From assembly GCA_012862495.1 (NCBI GenBank), contig BLSG01000235.1, positions 206,152 to 262,447 of the forward strand: a DNA stretch of 56,296 nt, in the 5' to 3' direction. Below are positions 32,418 through 44,733 of the stretch, one piece after another. Both the position numbers and the translations under genes were made by a program. Position 1 is the stretch's first letter; every line of letters begins with the position of its first letter. Under the pieces are notes generated by a model. That model saw only the letters and a list, made by a program, of their open reading frames with translations. It had not been told where the DNA came from and did not search any database. The DNA comes from Thraustochytrium aureum (taxonomy: Eukaryota).

Positions 32418-32951
32418 TCACAGGACCTGAGCAAAAGGCAGGGTTTGCGGGTGAACATGCCGCTCTGAGCGCACCCTCCGCGTCGAGGACGACGCAGCGC
32501 TGTTGGTGGACCGTCTGCGCAAGCGGGCTGGCGTGACGCGCAGCCCCTGGTCGATCGGCTTGCGCGACGAACCATGCCGTTTAGTCGCCGCGAGTGGGTT
32601 GCAGAACTCGGGGAGCCACTTTTCCCAGCACATGTCATCGCAAAAGCAAAAGTATGCGCTGCCGACTTTGGCAACCTTGAGCGTGCTGCTCAATTGGTTC
32701 TGACTGCTGGTTTTGGCGTCGAGGGGCATCGCGCAAAAGTTGCACTTCTTTTGCCCCAGCAGGAACTGCTGAATAATCTCCGTGCTGTCAAAGCGGGTCG
32801 ACAAGTCGTGAGGCCCTTCGCACGGAGCGCGATCCGCGGCTGCCGGGTCAGCTTTGCTCAACGCCGCGCTCACGATGGGTTTCTTGAGCTTGGACCGCCC
32901 GCTCGACCCAACACAGACCTCGCGCCCTGAGACGCACTCGAAAAAGCTCAT
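32418..32951 (-). CDS. Small hypothetical protein with a Cys4 zinc-finger-like motif
   Basis: MSFFECVS start; CNFC...FCFCDDMCW resembles a TRASH/MYM treble clef. Confidence 0.5.
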   Translation of the reverse strand: MSFFECVSGREVCVGSSGRSKLKKPIVSAALSKADPAAADRAPCEGPHDLSTRFDSTEIIQQFLLGQKKCNFCAMPLDAKTSSQNQLSSTLKVAKVGSAYFCFCDDMCWEKWLPEFCNPLAATKRHGSSRKPIDQGLRVTPARLRRRSTNSAASSSTRRVRSERHVHPQTLPFAQVL

Positions 32952-34669
32952 CCTCGTTGGCGTTCCGGGGGGCGGGGGGGGCTTGCAGCGCAAGCCCAGG
33001 TCTGAAGCGGCGACTCGGCTGCCGCAGCTGGTGTCCGCCTGCACGTCCGCACACCCTTGCGCCTTCCTTCAACCTTGCTCGCGGCGCGCAATCGCTGCGC
33101 AAGCCACCAACGCGTCGAGCGCGCCGGCGCTCTGGCAAGCAACGGTCCGAGCAGCGCCGTCCTCGTTGCGCCTCCCGTTCCCTGCTCGCCGCGCACGTTG
33201 TTCCCTGCCAAGTTGCCCCCAACCGCGAAGCCCAGCCACCTCCAGCCACCGTCCCGCGCAGTCCAATTCCGCTCGTCAACCGTTGCGCGCTCTTGCCCCT
33301 CCACGGCCAGCTCCTGGCGCGCGGGCGCCTTGGCCAGCAGCAACAAGGTGGAGCGCGCGCCAACTTGCGGCGTCGGCCAGAATCTGCCGGATTCCGCCAA
33401 AATCCAACCCGAGCCAAACCTTGCCCGGCACCAGCGCAGGCTGCGCGTCGTGGGCCTCCTCCTCCACCTGCTGCTGCTCCTGCTGCTGCTGCTCCGCTGC
33501 TGCAGCTGGTGCTGCTTTGCCGCGCGCACCAACGCCCGTTCGGTGTCTGTGTGTCCCTCCGTCTGCCTGACCCCACGGTTTTGCACCAGCAGTCCCACGG
33601 CCTTTAAGAAGCGCTAGCGTGCTTCCCGCGGGTAACCAGCGCGCTGTTAAAGACGGCGGGCCGAGAGGAAATGTCCTGCGCATCGCTTGCAGCGGAACGC
33701 GCGCGCACCTGCTGCACGATATGGCAGGTGCTCCGCTGTACAGAGTTCGTACTCCGCTGTAAATGGCACAAAATTGCTCTGCTGGTGTATGCCGGCGTCA
33801 AGCCGCTAGACCCCGGCATTACAAATATGCCCGAAGGCGGTTACTAAGGTGTAGAATATGCCCAGCGGAGTTTTAATGAAATATGCGGTGGACTGTTGTA
33901 ACGCGCGGCCAGGAGTGTACCGTACGATGCAGCTCACCAGAGTAAGAGGTAGAGTACTCGGCCTTACGAGCAGTCTCGGATCGAACGCGTGCGGCCGGCC
34001 CGCTGCCCGGCAGCACGCACGGAGAGCCTGGCAGCTCGGCGGCTTTGGTCCGTTCCTGGTACGCCCCGTCGGTTTCNNNNNNNNNNNNNNNNNNNNNNNN
34101 NNNNNNNNNNNNNNNNNNNNNNNNNNNNNNNNNNNNNNNNNNNNNNNNNNNNNNNNNNNNNNNNNNNNNNNNNNNNNNNNNNNNNNNNNNNNNNNNNNNN
34201 NNNNNNNNNNNNNNNNNNNNNNNNNNNNNNNNNNNNNNNNNNNNNNNNNNNNNNNNNNNNNNNNNNNNNNNNNNNNNNNNNNNNNNNNNNNNNNNNNNNN
34301 NNNNNNNNNNNNNNNNNNNNNNNNNNNNNNNNNNNNNNNNNNNNNNNNNNNNNNNNNNNNNNNNNNNNNNNNNNNNNNNNNNNNNNNNNNNNNNNNNNNN
34401 NNNNNNNNNNNNNNNNNNNNNNNNNNNNNNNNNNNNNNNNNNNNNNNNNNNNNNNNNNNNNNNNNNNNNNNNNNNNNNNNNNNNNNNNNNNNNNNNNNNN
34501 NNNNNNNNNNNNNNNNNNNNNNNNNNNNNNNNNNNNNNNNNNNNNNNNNNNNNNNNCGCGCGCTGCCGATCTCGCTACTGAACAACCGCTCTCTCGCGCG
34601 CGTTCGCTCGCGCGCGCGGGGGAGCGAACCGGGCAAGGACGTCATCGACCAGTAGACGCAGTCGCGACC

Positions 34670-36307
34670 ATGTTCCCCAACGCAAGCGAGTCGGAGAGCA
34701 GCGACGACGAGACGTTTGCAAGCCCGAGGCAGATATCGGCCGACCCTGACGAAGACGAAATCTTGCTGAAGCGAAACGAGCCGGACGAGGCGACGCAGGC
34801 CGCTCGCCTCCGCGCGCTGCGCGGCAAGCGGTGCCTCTGGCTGACCGCGCCATGCATCCCTGGAATGAGCGAGCAAATGGTGGAAAGCCTGCGATGGGCC
34901 CTCGGCCAAGGCGTCGAGATCATCGCCTGCTTTGGCAGCGAAAACGAACCTCTGTTCAAGCTCATGTCGAGGGAGAGGCTCATGTCAACGGCGCTCCTCG
35001 CCGACCTTGGCGACGACGTGCAGGCCAGCGCCAGCGTGCTGCGCGCCCTGCGGGGCAGCGGGATCATGGTTGACGCGGTGTTTTCCCCGTACGAGATGAT
35101 GCAGACGGTGGTCGGCGAGGTCGCGCAGGCGCTAGCGCTGCCTGGGAACCCCGCAAAAGCCTACACCGCAGCGCGGTCAAAGCACTTGGCACGTCAGGCA
35201 ACCGCCGAGGCAGGGCTTGCGACGCCACGCTTCGGAATCGCCGACGCTGTCGAGGATGTCGCCGCCCTCGTTTCTCGTGTTGGCTTGCCCTGCATCCTCA
35301 AGCCGAGCTCTGGCGCCGGGTCTTGCGGCGTACTGCGCGTCGGCTCGCTCCCGGAGGCGGTCGCCGCATACGAGGCGATTCGCAGCGACATGCGCGAGAG
35401 CCACTTGCTCTCATACAACCCCGGCTGCGCGCCAGCGGTGATCGTGGAGGAGCTGCTCGAAGGCGACGAGTTCGACGTGGACATCCTCATGTGGGGCGGC
35501 AGGGACGTGTACAGCCAGTGCGTGCTCAACTGGCCGAGCAAGCCGCCCTACTTTCTCGAAACGGGCTCGCAAATGCCCACGGGTTTCCCCGCGGAGAAAG
35601 TCGAGGCGCTTCGAAGCTACGCGGTGGCCTGCCTTCGCGCGATGGGCTTTTTGCAAGGCTGCTTCCACGTCGAAGTCATGCTCACCGCTGAGCGAGGACC
35701 CGTCCTGGTCGAGGTCAACGCGCGTCAAGGCGGGGGTCCAAATCAAGTGTTCAACGCCGAAATGTGCGGCGTGGACATGTTTGCAAACTTTTTCATCGCT
35801 GCGTTCGGGATACCAATAAACCCGCCTCGCCACGAGCCGGCGTATGCAATGGCAGACTACGCAATCACGAGCCCGTACACCGGGATCCTTTTCAACGACG
35901 ACCATATGGAGACCATTAGGGCCCACCCAGCCGTGACAAGCACGCAGGACTATTGCAAGCCGGGCAACCTCGTCCAGGGCCTCGACAGCGGGTTCCCCGA
36001 GTGGACCAACCAGTTTTTCGTCAAGGCCGCCTCGCCAGACGCGTGCCGCGCCATCGTCGAGACGCTCGTGACCGGAATCGAGGCCAAGATCACAGTCTTG
36101 CCGCCAAGCGCATCAGCAGGCCCGCCAACACGGCGGCGTCTTGTCCCGGGCCTGTGCCCGGCTTGCGCTGTGACCTTGCCGAAGTCAAAGTCCGTCGAGA
36201 GATCGGAGGTGCCTCAGCAAGAGGTCTCAGAGGTGCCCCAGCAAGAAGCCTCGGAGGGGCCCGCTAGGGCTGTCGGCGTGCTGGCGAGGTCTCCGAGCAA
36301 GCAGTGA
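34670..36307 (+). CDS. ATP-grasp ligase, L-amino-acid ligase/carnosine synthase-like
   Basis: ARSKHLAR, GLPCILKPSSGAGSCGV, IVEELLEGDEFDVD, PYFLETG, GCFHVEV, PVLVEVNARQGGG. Confidence 0.88.
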   Translation: MFPNASESESSDDETFASPRQISADPDEDEILLKRNEPDEATQAARLRALRGKRCLWLTAPCIPGMSEQMVESLRWALGQGVEIIACFGSENEPLFKLMSRERLMSTALLADLGDDVQASASVLRALRGSGIMVDAVFSPYEMMQTVVGEVAQALALPGNPAKAYTAARSKHLARQATAEAGLATPRFGIADAVEDVAALVSRVGLPCILKPSSGAGSCGVLRVGSLPEAVAAYEAIRSDMRESHLLSYNPGCAPAVIVEELLEGDEFDVDILMWGGRDVYSQCVLNWPSKPPYFLETGSQMPTGFPAEKVEALRSYAVACLRAMGFLQGCFHVEVMLTAERGPVLVEVNARQGGGPNQVFNAEMCGVDMFANFFIAAFGIPINPPRHEPAYAMADYAITSPYTGILFNDDHMETIRAHPAVTSTQDYCKPGNLVQGLDSGFPEWTNQFFVKAASPDACRAIVETLVTGIEAKITVLPPSASAGPPTRRRLVPGLCPACAVTLPKSKSVERSEVPQQEVSEVPQQEASEGPARAVGVLARSPSKQ

Positions 36308-36517
36308 CGCCGTCTTGTGCATCAGCCTTTGGGAGCTGCTCGTCTCATCTGCGGCGCGATCTGCCAGCGCCCTCGGCTCTGCGTCAGTTGCGTGGCGCCG
36401 GCTGCCTGACAGATTGACTGACAGATTGACTGACTGACTGAGCGAGGATGGCTGACTGAGCGAGGAAAAGGAGAACAATCGAAAGGCGAAATGAGCATGG
36501 CTTTCCTCGCTAGTGGC

Positions 36518-37468
36518 CTACTTGGTGTGGCTGCGCTTGCGCCGCCGGATCTCGTCGCTGAGTGCCCGGACAGCGCGTCGCGCTGCGCCGCCCTCCTCGG
36601 CAGCCGCCGAAACAGCGTCGCTGAGCTGCATCAGCAAACGCACTTGCACCTCAGAGGGCAAGTAGGCCGCCTCGTTGATGCCAAAGTCTTCCGTCTCGAC
36701 GATCGCAGAGAGCGCAGCGAGGCCGGCGCGCAGCCCAGCAGGTCCAAGTTTGGCCTCGTTCGAGCGCAGGTGCTGGACGATGAGCGAAAACAGACCGGCC
36801 TTCCTGATATAGGCCATCACGCGCTCCTCTTCAGTCTCGTCGAAGGCGGTCACTATGCCGCGGACAAGCGAGAGCGCGGTCGTCTCGAGGCAGCTGCCGA
36901 GATCGTCAGCAACGAGCTCGGGGCGGCACACCGCAAAGTGGAGGCACTCGCGGACCATCGAGGTTATCACGCTGACGTCCAGCGTCTGCGCCACCTCGCT
37001 GTGCAGCACGCTCGAGTTGAGGATGGTGCAGATGGCCTCTTCAAACGCGAGCGCGGCTCGCACGAACCGCGGCTCGTGCACGTGCGTGTCTGCCTCGGCG
37101 GCCTCCTGCGCCAGCGAGCGCTGCTTGGCCTTGTATTCGTGAAGCATTCGGACCAGCAGGTTCATCTTGCCGCTCTCGAGCACGCCCCTGATCGCTGCCT
37201 CGTCTCCCTCCCACAGCGTCGCCTCCTTGCCCTCCTCCGAGAAGGACTCCTCCGCCCTCACGACCGTGGCTACGCGGTCCAAGACGCGCGTCAGGTCCAG
37301 CCAGTCTTCCGTGAACGGCTCGACCGCTTCGATCAGCCTGATCTCGTTTCGGAGGTCGCCGACCAGCTTGCTCGACAGCGACTCCAAGTGGTCGTCCTCG
37401 GTCTTCTTGGCGGCATACGCCTCGTTCCGCTCTTCCTCGGCCCGCTTCTGCCTCCTCGAGCGAAACAT
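36518..37468 (-). CDS. Hypothetical alpha-helical (armadillo-like) protein
   Basis: 316-aa ORF with amphipathic helical pattern; family not recognised. Confidence 0.7.
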   Translation of the reverse strand: MFRSRRQKRAEEERNEAYAAKKTEDDHLESLSSKLVGDLRNEIRLIEAVEPFTEDWLDLTRVLDRVATVVRAEESFSEEGKEATLWEGDEAAIRGVLESGKMNLLVRMLHEYKAKQRSLAQEAAEADTHVHEPRFVRAALAFEEAICTILNSSVLHSEVAQTLDVSVITSMVRECLHFAVCRPELVADDLGSCLETTALSLVRGIVTAFDETEEERVMAYIRKAGLFSLIVQHLRSNEAKLGPAGLRAGLAALSAIVETEDFGINEAAYLPSEVQVRLLMQLSDAVSAAAEEGGAARRAVRALSDEIRRRKRSHTK

Positions 37469-38781
37469 GCTCGGCGACGACGCTCGATCGCGTTCGGCTC
37501 GGCCTTCAACCCGCAGCGCTCAGCCACGAGGCGCTCCACCTCGTGCAAGGCGCAGCAGTATCGCGCAAGCCGTCTGGCGCGCCGCCGCTGCCGTATCCAG
37601 TCAGCAGGTTTCGCCCGGCCGCTGCTCGCCGCTCGATCGGCCGATGGGCGGATGGATGGGCGGATGGATGGATGGATTGGTTGATCGATCGATCAACGAT
37701 GGGCAGTGCGGAGAGCTTGATTGTTCATGTTCACCAGGGCGTGCAAGCATGTCTTCGACGTCAGTCGTGAGAAAACACCTCTGAGTAAGGTAAGGGAGAG
37801 TACCGGAACTAATNNNNNNNNNNNNNNNNNNNNNNNNNNNNNNNNNNNNNNNNNNNNNNNNNNNNNNNNNNNNNNNNNNNNNNNNNNNNNNNNNNNNNNN
37901 NNNNNNNNNNNNNNNNNNNNNNNNNNNNNNNNNNNNNNNNNNNNNNNNNNNNNNNNNNNNNNNNNNNNNNNNNNNNNNNNNNNNNNNNNNNNNNNNNNNN
38001 NNNNNNNNNNNNNNNNNNNNNNNNNNNNNNNNNNNNNNNNNNNNNNNNNNNNNNNNNNNNNNNNNNNNNNNNNNNNNNNNNNNNNNNNNNNNNNNNNNNN
38101 NNNNNNNNNNNNNNNNNNNNNNNNNNNNNNNNNNNNNNNNNNNNNNNNNNNNNNNNNNNNNNNNNNNNNNNNNNNNNNNNNNNNNNNNNNNNNNNNNNNN
38201 NNNNNNNNNNNNNNNNNNNNNNNNNNNNNNNNNNNNNNNNNNNNNNNNNNNNNNNNNNNNNNNNNNNNNNNNNNNNNNNNNNNNNNNNNNNNNNNNNNNN
38301 NNNNNNNNNNNNNNNNNNNNNNNNNNNNNNNNNNNNNNNNNNNNNNNNNNNNNNNNNNNNNNNNNNNNNNNNNNNNNNNNNNNNNNNNNNNNNNNNNNNN
38401 NNNNNNNNNNNNNNNNNNNNNNNNNNNNNNNNNNNNNNNNNNNNNNNNNNNNNNNNNNNNNNNNNNNNNNNNNNNNNNNNNNNNNNNNNNNNNNNNNNNN
38501 NNNNNNNNNNNNNNNNNNNNNNNNNNNNNNNNNNNNNNNNNNNNNNNNNNNNNNNNNNNNNNNNNNNNNNNNNNNNNNNNNNNNNNNNNNNNNNNNNNNN
38601 NNNNNNNNNNNNNNNNNNNNNNNNNNNNNNNNNNNNNNNNNNNNNNNNNNNNNNNNNNNNNNNNNNNNNNNNNNNNNNNNNNNNNNNNNNNNNNNNNNNN
38701 NNNNNNNNNNNNNNNNNNNNNNNNNNNNNNNNNNNNNNNNNNNNNNNNNNNNNNNNNNNNNNNNNNNNNNNNNNNNNNNNC

Positions 38782-40091
38782 AACGGCAGCACCTCTGCAA
38801 TGTCTTCTTTAGAAATGACAAGCGAGTCTGTCGTTGTCCTTGCCACGATGGAAACCGGAGAGTGAAAGCGCTGCGCGTTTTCTAGAATGGCAAACTCGCC
38901 CGAAATCTGACTCCCTGTGAGGGTGCCGAGCTCGAAGGTGCGCCAAGTCCCCAAGAGCTTGGAGGCGGAGTAGTCGGCCATTTTCCGGGCATCGTCGCAG
39001 ATGGACTCGTAGCTTCGAGACCTGATCGGGTGCCCAAGGTCCTTGGGCAAGACCGGGGTGGAGACCTCGACTCGCTTGTAGATCGTGCAGACGCCCGTGC
39101 GGAGCACAAACACGTCCGTCACGGCGCTGCCCTGCTCGACGAGCACGGACCCGGGCGCGTATTGCTGAACCATTGCCAGTTTCGCCAGCTTTCGGAGGCC
39201 TTCGTCGCTCCAAGAAGCAAACACTGTGCACTTGCGAAGCACGGCCATTCGGTCCGAGATTTGCCACTCGCGGTACTTGTTGAGAACCTTGTTCGCCGAA
39301 GCCGACGTCTCGAAAACAAGCAGGTCGACGTCCTCCTCAACGCGGATGCTTGCCTTGCGGCGACGTGTCTCTCGGATTGTTTTTTGGCGGCTGCGCATTG
39401 GTGGCGAACCGAGTGGGTTGGAGTCGGTAGAGCCAGGGCCGGGGACCGCCGGATCAGCCCCCTCCACCTCCTCCGCCTGGTCGTTGTCGTCCTCGTTGTC
39501 GTCCTCGTCTTGTTGTTCGTTGCCTTCTTTTTGCTCATGCGCTTCCCCTCGCGAGGAAATCTGGCCCGCCGGGCCTTTCGAGCCGCTGAACAGGCGATTT
39601 ATCGACTCCTCGCTGGTCTCCTCCGCGACGCGCGGTTTGTCGCCCGCCGCTCCCAGCTCGTTAGAAATAGGATCCATGCGGCAGGATTGCGCGACCTCGT
39701 CGTCGCCGAGCTCACCGAAGCTGACACCGGCGTGAAGCCGCGCAAGGATGACGTCGTCACGCCAGACGGTGTCGCCAAACATGAGCTCGTTCAGCTCGTC
39801 AGTGAACGACGCAGCTTTCTGCTGGGACGGTCGTTTGCGCACGGTGACCGACCCCGACAAGATCACATAGAGGTCGCTCCCCACGTCGCCCTCCTCAAAC
39901 ACGTACGCGTTGGCCGGCAGGGAGACCAGCTTTGCAAGCCCGCTGAGTTGGCGGAGGAGCTCGTGCGGAACTGACTTGAAAGCCAGAACATCAGAGAGCA
40001 TGTCCGCAATCTCGTGGATATCTTTGAGGGTGCGCTGGTGAAGCGGAGTCTTGAGCAGCGCAGCCAGCGACCCCAGTCCGCTGCCTCCGTT
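38782..40091 (-). CDS. Cyclic nucleotide-binding domain protein (two cNMP domains); both ends in gaps
   Basis: YVFEEGDVGSDLYVILSGSV...GVSFGEL...RKASI; a second domain LVEQGSAVTDVFVLRTGVC...ISGEFAIL. Confidence 0.85.
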
Positions 40092-41239
40092 NNNNNNNNN
40101 NNNNNNNNNNNNNNNNNNNNNNNNNNNNNNNNNNNNNNNNNNNNNNNNNNNNNNNNNNNNNNNNNNNNNNNNNNNNNNNNNNNNNNNNNNNNNNNNNNNN
40201 NNNNNNNNNNNNNNNNNNNNNNNNNNNNNNNNNNNNNNNNNNNNNNNNNNNNNNNNNNNNNNNNNNNNNNNNNNNNNNNNNNNNNNNNNNNNNNNNNNNN
40301 NNNNNNNNNNNNNNNNNNNNNNNNNNNNNNNNNNNNNNNNNNNNNNNNNNNNNNNNNNNNNNNNNNNNNNNNNNNNNNNNNNNNNNNNNNNNNNNNNNNN
40401 NNNNNNNNNNNNNNNNNNNNNNNNNNNNNNNNNNNNNNNNNNNNNNNNNNNNNNNNNNNNNNNNNNNNNNNNNNNNNNNNNNNNNNNNNNNNNNNNNNNN
40501 NNNNNNNNNNNNNNNNNNNNNNNNNNNNNNNNNNNNNNNNNNNNNNNNNNNNNNNNNNNNNNNNNNNNNNNNNNNNNNNNNNNNNNNNNNNNNNNNNNNN
40601 NNNNNNNNNNNNNNNNNNNNNNNNNNNNNNNNNNNNNNNNNNNNNNNNNNNNNNNNNNNNNNNNNNNNNNNNNNNNNNNNNNNNNNNNNNNNNNNNNNNN
40701 NNNNNNNNNNNNNNNNNNNNNNNNNNNNNNNNNNNNNNNNNNNNNNNNNNNNNNNNNNNNNNNNNNNNNNNNNNNNNNNNNNNNNNNNNNNNNNNNNNNN
40801 NNNNNNNNNNNNNNNNNNNNNNNNNNNNNNNAGAGCGCGCTAACGGAGCTTCCCGACGTCATCGTCCGGGTCGATTTTCGAGTGCGCAGCAGCACGCGCA
40901 CGCCGGCCGACTGGAGCGCTCTGCGCTGTAGCTCGCGAGTCGCCAAACCGGGCCAACCGCCTTCGCAGCGCGACTTCCCCGCGCAATCGGTACCTAGGCC
41001 GTCGTCGTGCGAAGCGGATTCGACGGTCGTTGACGGCAACGAGCTCGAGCTCGTAACTGATCAATTTCGACGATCGCGTTCCTTTATTCCAGCAGCCGCC
41101 AAGAAAGGCAGGCGAGTACTGTAGTAGCAGCAAATGCCAAATGGACGCGCGCTGAGAGCGAGCGCACGCGAGCCTCGTTCTGAACTGAATTCTGTTCTGA
41201 ATGATGCTGCCTGCCACCTTGAAGAAGAAGAAGAAAAAA

Positions 41240-41298
41240 AACCTCACCAATCACAGCCAAAGCAACCTCACCAATCGCAGCCAAAAAAACCTCGTCAA
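41240..41298. promoter_or_regulatory. 24-bp tandem repeat carrying two CCAAT boxes between divergent genes
   Basis: AACCTCACCAATCACAGCCAAA / AACCTCACCAATCGCAGCCAAA plus a partial third copy. The regulatory role is inferred. Confidence 0.35.
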
Positions 41299-41733
41299 CG
41301 CAGCGCCGCAGCTCGAGGCACAAGTCGAGCGTCAGCGCCCACGAGCTGTCGCGCCGCCTCCAGCAAGCGCCTCGACCGCGCCCACTCTCTTGAGAGCGGC
41401 GCACATTCACTTCACTCATTCATTCACACTTGCGGTCCTTTGTCCGTCCAATATCCGTTGAATCGTTCGCGCGGCCCGTCGAGTTACGGCATCGATCGAT
41501 CGATTCTCTCGCTCGCTCGAGGCGGGCGCGCGGGCAGACGGAAAGGCGCAGGGCAGGCCTCGCGCGTGGCAGCATCGGCGCGCAAGGCGAAGAGTATCGG
41601 CTGTTGCCGCAGAGGGCAGCCTGGGCACGCTGCGGCCGCCGTAGCCACCAGGCCGCCGTAGCCACCAGGCCGCTGCGGTCCTCGTCGCCGCCGGCACAGC
41701 CGTCGGCGCCGGCAGCGTGGGCGGCTTTTGAAG

Positions 41734-44518
41734 ATGGCGAGCTCTTCGCTGACGACGCTGCCGCTCGAAGGCGACGGGGTCATTCAAAACTTGCTCCACT
41801 ACTTGTGGACGAAGGACGAGCTGGACTGCGGGCCGAGCATCAACATCCCTGACACGATCATCTACAAGTTCCGGCAGCCCGCATACTGGTATTTCACGGC
41901 GAAGAACGGGCAGATCAAGAAGAAGAGCAGGTACAACCTGAGCAACATCCGCATCGAAGAAGCTTTTACGCGCAAGCAGGTCGGGTCGGGCATTATCGCC
42001 TACTACCTCTCGACAGACTCGCAGGGCAAGACCACGATCGAGTACTTTGACCGCGCGGGGTTCCGCGAGTTTCTGTACGACCGAGAAAAGGTCGACAATG
42101 GCATGGTGCAGATGTTTGTGGAGCCCAAGGCGACCCGGAACGTGATGATGCGCGCGATCTGGAGCCCCAAGATCGTCCTCCTTGAGCGCCGCGAGAGCCT
42201 TAAGTACCTGACCGATACCAAGCACAGCCTGTACGAGCGCGCGGTCACGTTCGAGGGGCCCGAGCACTTGAGCCGCGCCGCGCCCGTGCGCGGCTCCATC
42301 TTGCCCATCTCTGTTCAAGAAGTGTGCAAGCGCGTGGTGGATCATGTCGCCGAGGTGTCGTTCCGCAAGTGCAACATCAGCAGGATGGCGCTCAACTTTA
42401 AGGTCGACGGGGAAGCAGGCTGTGGCTTTGCTGGTGCTCGTCGCTGCGGCTCGAGCAGACGGGCCCACTTGATGGGCGGGCGATCCGAGCGCTTATGCCG
42501 GTGCGGCAAAAGCTGCCTTCCAAAGAGGGCCCGGTGAGCTTGCTGCCCCACTGCCAAGTGCCAGATCGGGTCAAGCTGGCGCTGGGGAGCCGAACCGTGC
42601 CCGTGGGCATGGGCCCGCTCTCGCCTGGGGACACTGGCCACGCAAACAATAATTTGAGCGAGTCGCGCCCCGGTGCGGCATGCGCGGCGCGCTTTGCNNN
42701 NNNNNNNNNNNNNNNNNNNNNNNNNNNNNNNNNNNNNNNNNNNNNNNNNNNNNNNNNNNNNNNNNNNNNNNNNNNNNNNNNNNNNNNNNNNNNNNNNNNN
42801 NNNNNNNNNNNNNNNNNNNNNNNNNNNNNNNNNNNNNNNNNNNNNNNNNNNNNNNNNNNNNNNNNNNNNNNNNNNNNNNNNNNNNNNNNNNNNNNNNNNN
42901 NNNNNNNNNNNNNNNNNNNNNNNNNNNNNNNNNNNNNNNNNNNNNNNNNNNNNNNNNNNNNNNNNNNNNNNNNNNNNNNNNNNNNNNNNNNNNNNNNNNN
43001 NNNNNNNNNNNNNNNNNNNNNNNNNNNNNNNNNNNNNNNNNNNNNNNNNNNNNNNNNNNNNNNNNNNNNNNNNNNNNNNNNNNNNNNNNNNNNNNNNNNN
43101 NNNNNNNNNNNNNNNNNNNNNNNNNNNNNNNNNNNNNNNNNNNNNNNNNNNNNNNNNNNNNNNNNNNNNNNNNNNNNNNNNNNNNNNNNNNNNNNNNNNN
43201 NNNNNNNNNNNNNNNNNNNNNNNNNNNNNNNNNNNNNNNNNNNNNNNNNNNNNNNNNNNNNNNNNNNNNNNNNNNNNNNNNNNNNNNNNNNNNNNNNNNN
43301 NNNNNNNNNNNNNNNNNNNNNNNNNNNNNNNNNNNNNNNNNNNNNNNNNNNNNNNNNNNNNNNNNNNNNNNNNNNNNNNNNNNNNNNNNNNNNNNNNNNN
43401 NNNNNNNNNNNNNNNNNNNNNNNNNNNNNNNNNNNNNNNNNNNNNNNNNNNNNNNNNNNNNNNNNNNNNNNNNNNNNNNNNNNNNNNNNNNNNNNNNNNN
43501 NNNNNNNNNNAAAATCACGCGGAGCGAGGCGGTGTTAGAAACGCAGAAGGCTTATGCTGCCGAGATGGAGCGCGAGGCCGGCGTGGCGGGCTCGGGCGTG
43601 GCGCCCGCCGTGCCGGATGAATTCAAGCAGGAGTTGCAAGAGCGCGAGAACGCGTTTTTCCGCGACCTGTACCGCAACCCCAACCTGCAGCACGGCCACC
43701 CACTGAGCCACATGATTGCTGGGCAGGCCAAAATTTCCATGTCGCAGGCCGGCATCGGCGGAGGCGCCAGGAATTCAGTTCGCAAGAAGACGCCGCCGCT
43801 TCGACCTGTGGAGGACTGGGCAGCGAGCCCATATGCAAAGTCGCAGATCGTTCCGCAGCCCGTGGCGCTGGGCGGGCGCAGCGCCGCCGGCAAGAAGCGC
43901 CACTCGCCCAGGTCGCGGATGGCCGACCCGGCCTTTGCCGAGCTGGATCCGCTTGCAGGCGGCGCGCAGATCGATGGCGGTGCTGCTCGGCCTGGGTCGT
44001 CAGAGTCGCAGAGCGCGGCGGCGCACCGCGAGTTCTTACTGAGCACGCTGCAGCGCGTGCAAGACCAGCTTAACAACCCGCTCCCGTTGCACCAGTCGGT
44101 TGGGATCGGCAGCGCTGCCGACGTGATGGGCGAGTCTGCTGCGCGGGGCGGGACGATGGAGCAGGGATGGGACGTGCGCACCAAAGCTTTGGCAGCAACA
44201 CCGACGGATATTGGCAGGGTGCTGCGGTCCTCGGTGAACGTTTGCGGTGAGCGGCTGATGGCAGCAGTGGACGTTGACGGGCCAAGCATGCAAGTCACGG
44301 TGTTCAACCCCAAGCTCGCTGTATCCCAGCGCCTCGACGTTCCGCTCGCGCAGGTGATCGAGCATGCCCCGGAAGGGACGACCTCGCACCTCGAGTTAGC
44401 ACGGCACGTCCTCGATTGCCTCGAGGGCGATGGTGCGTCGACCTTGTTCCCGGGCGCGCTCTCGGTAAAGCTCTCTGGCGAGCTGGTCGAGAGCGAGCCA
44501 AAGAGCTGCTCTAGCTAG
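41734..44518 (+). CDS. Conserved-looking hypothetical protein with an ATP-grasp-like N-terminal region; frameshift near 42411, gap 42698-43510
   Basis: INIPDTIIY...WYFT, MVQMFVEPK, LYERAVTFEG; NFKVDG joins SRLWLCWCSSLRL in the next frame. The post-gap ORF ends at 44518 and the link across the gap is assumed. Confidence 0.7.
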
Positions 44519-44733
44519 CTAGCGCAAGAGACAAACCCGAACAGGCGTTCTCACGCAACTCTCGAGTACGGTGGTCAGGTAGGGTAGGTAGGGCAGGCAA
44601 AACAAGCGACTTGCGCTTTGGGCTCAGGGGGAACAGTGAAGTGGCGAAAGGCTGGCTCTGCCGCGAACTTTAGAAGCGGCAGGAGGATAACCAATTCTGA
44701 AGGAAATAGCTGCAAGTCAAAATAATGGGTGCC

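Noticed and set aside
20703..36307. Phytochelatin synthase, AKR and ATP-grasp ligase as a biosynthetic cluster
   Set aside because: They are interspersed with unrelated housekeeping genes and show no sign of co-regulation.
37809..41039. ORFs spanning long N runs (for example 1076 aa)
   Set aside because: Their length and frame continuity are artefacts of translating gaps; only the sequenced segments were interpreted.
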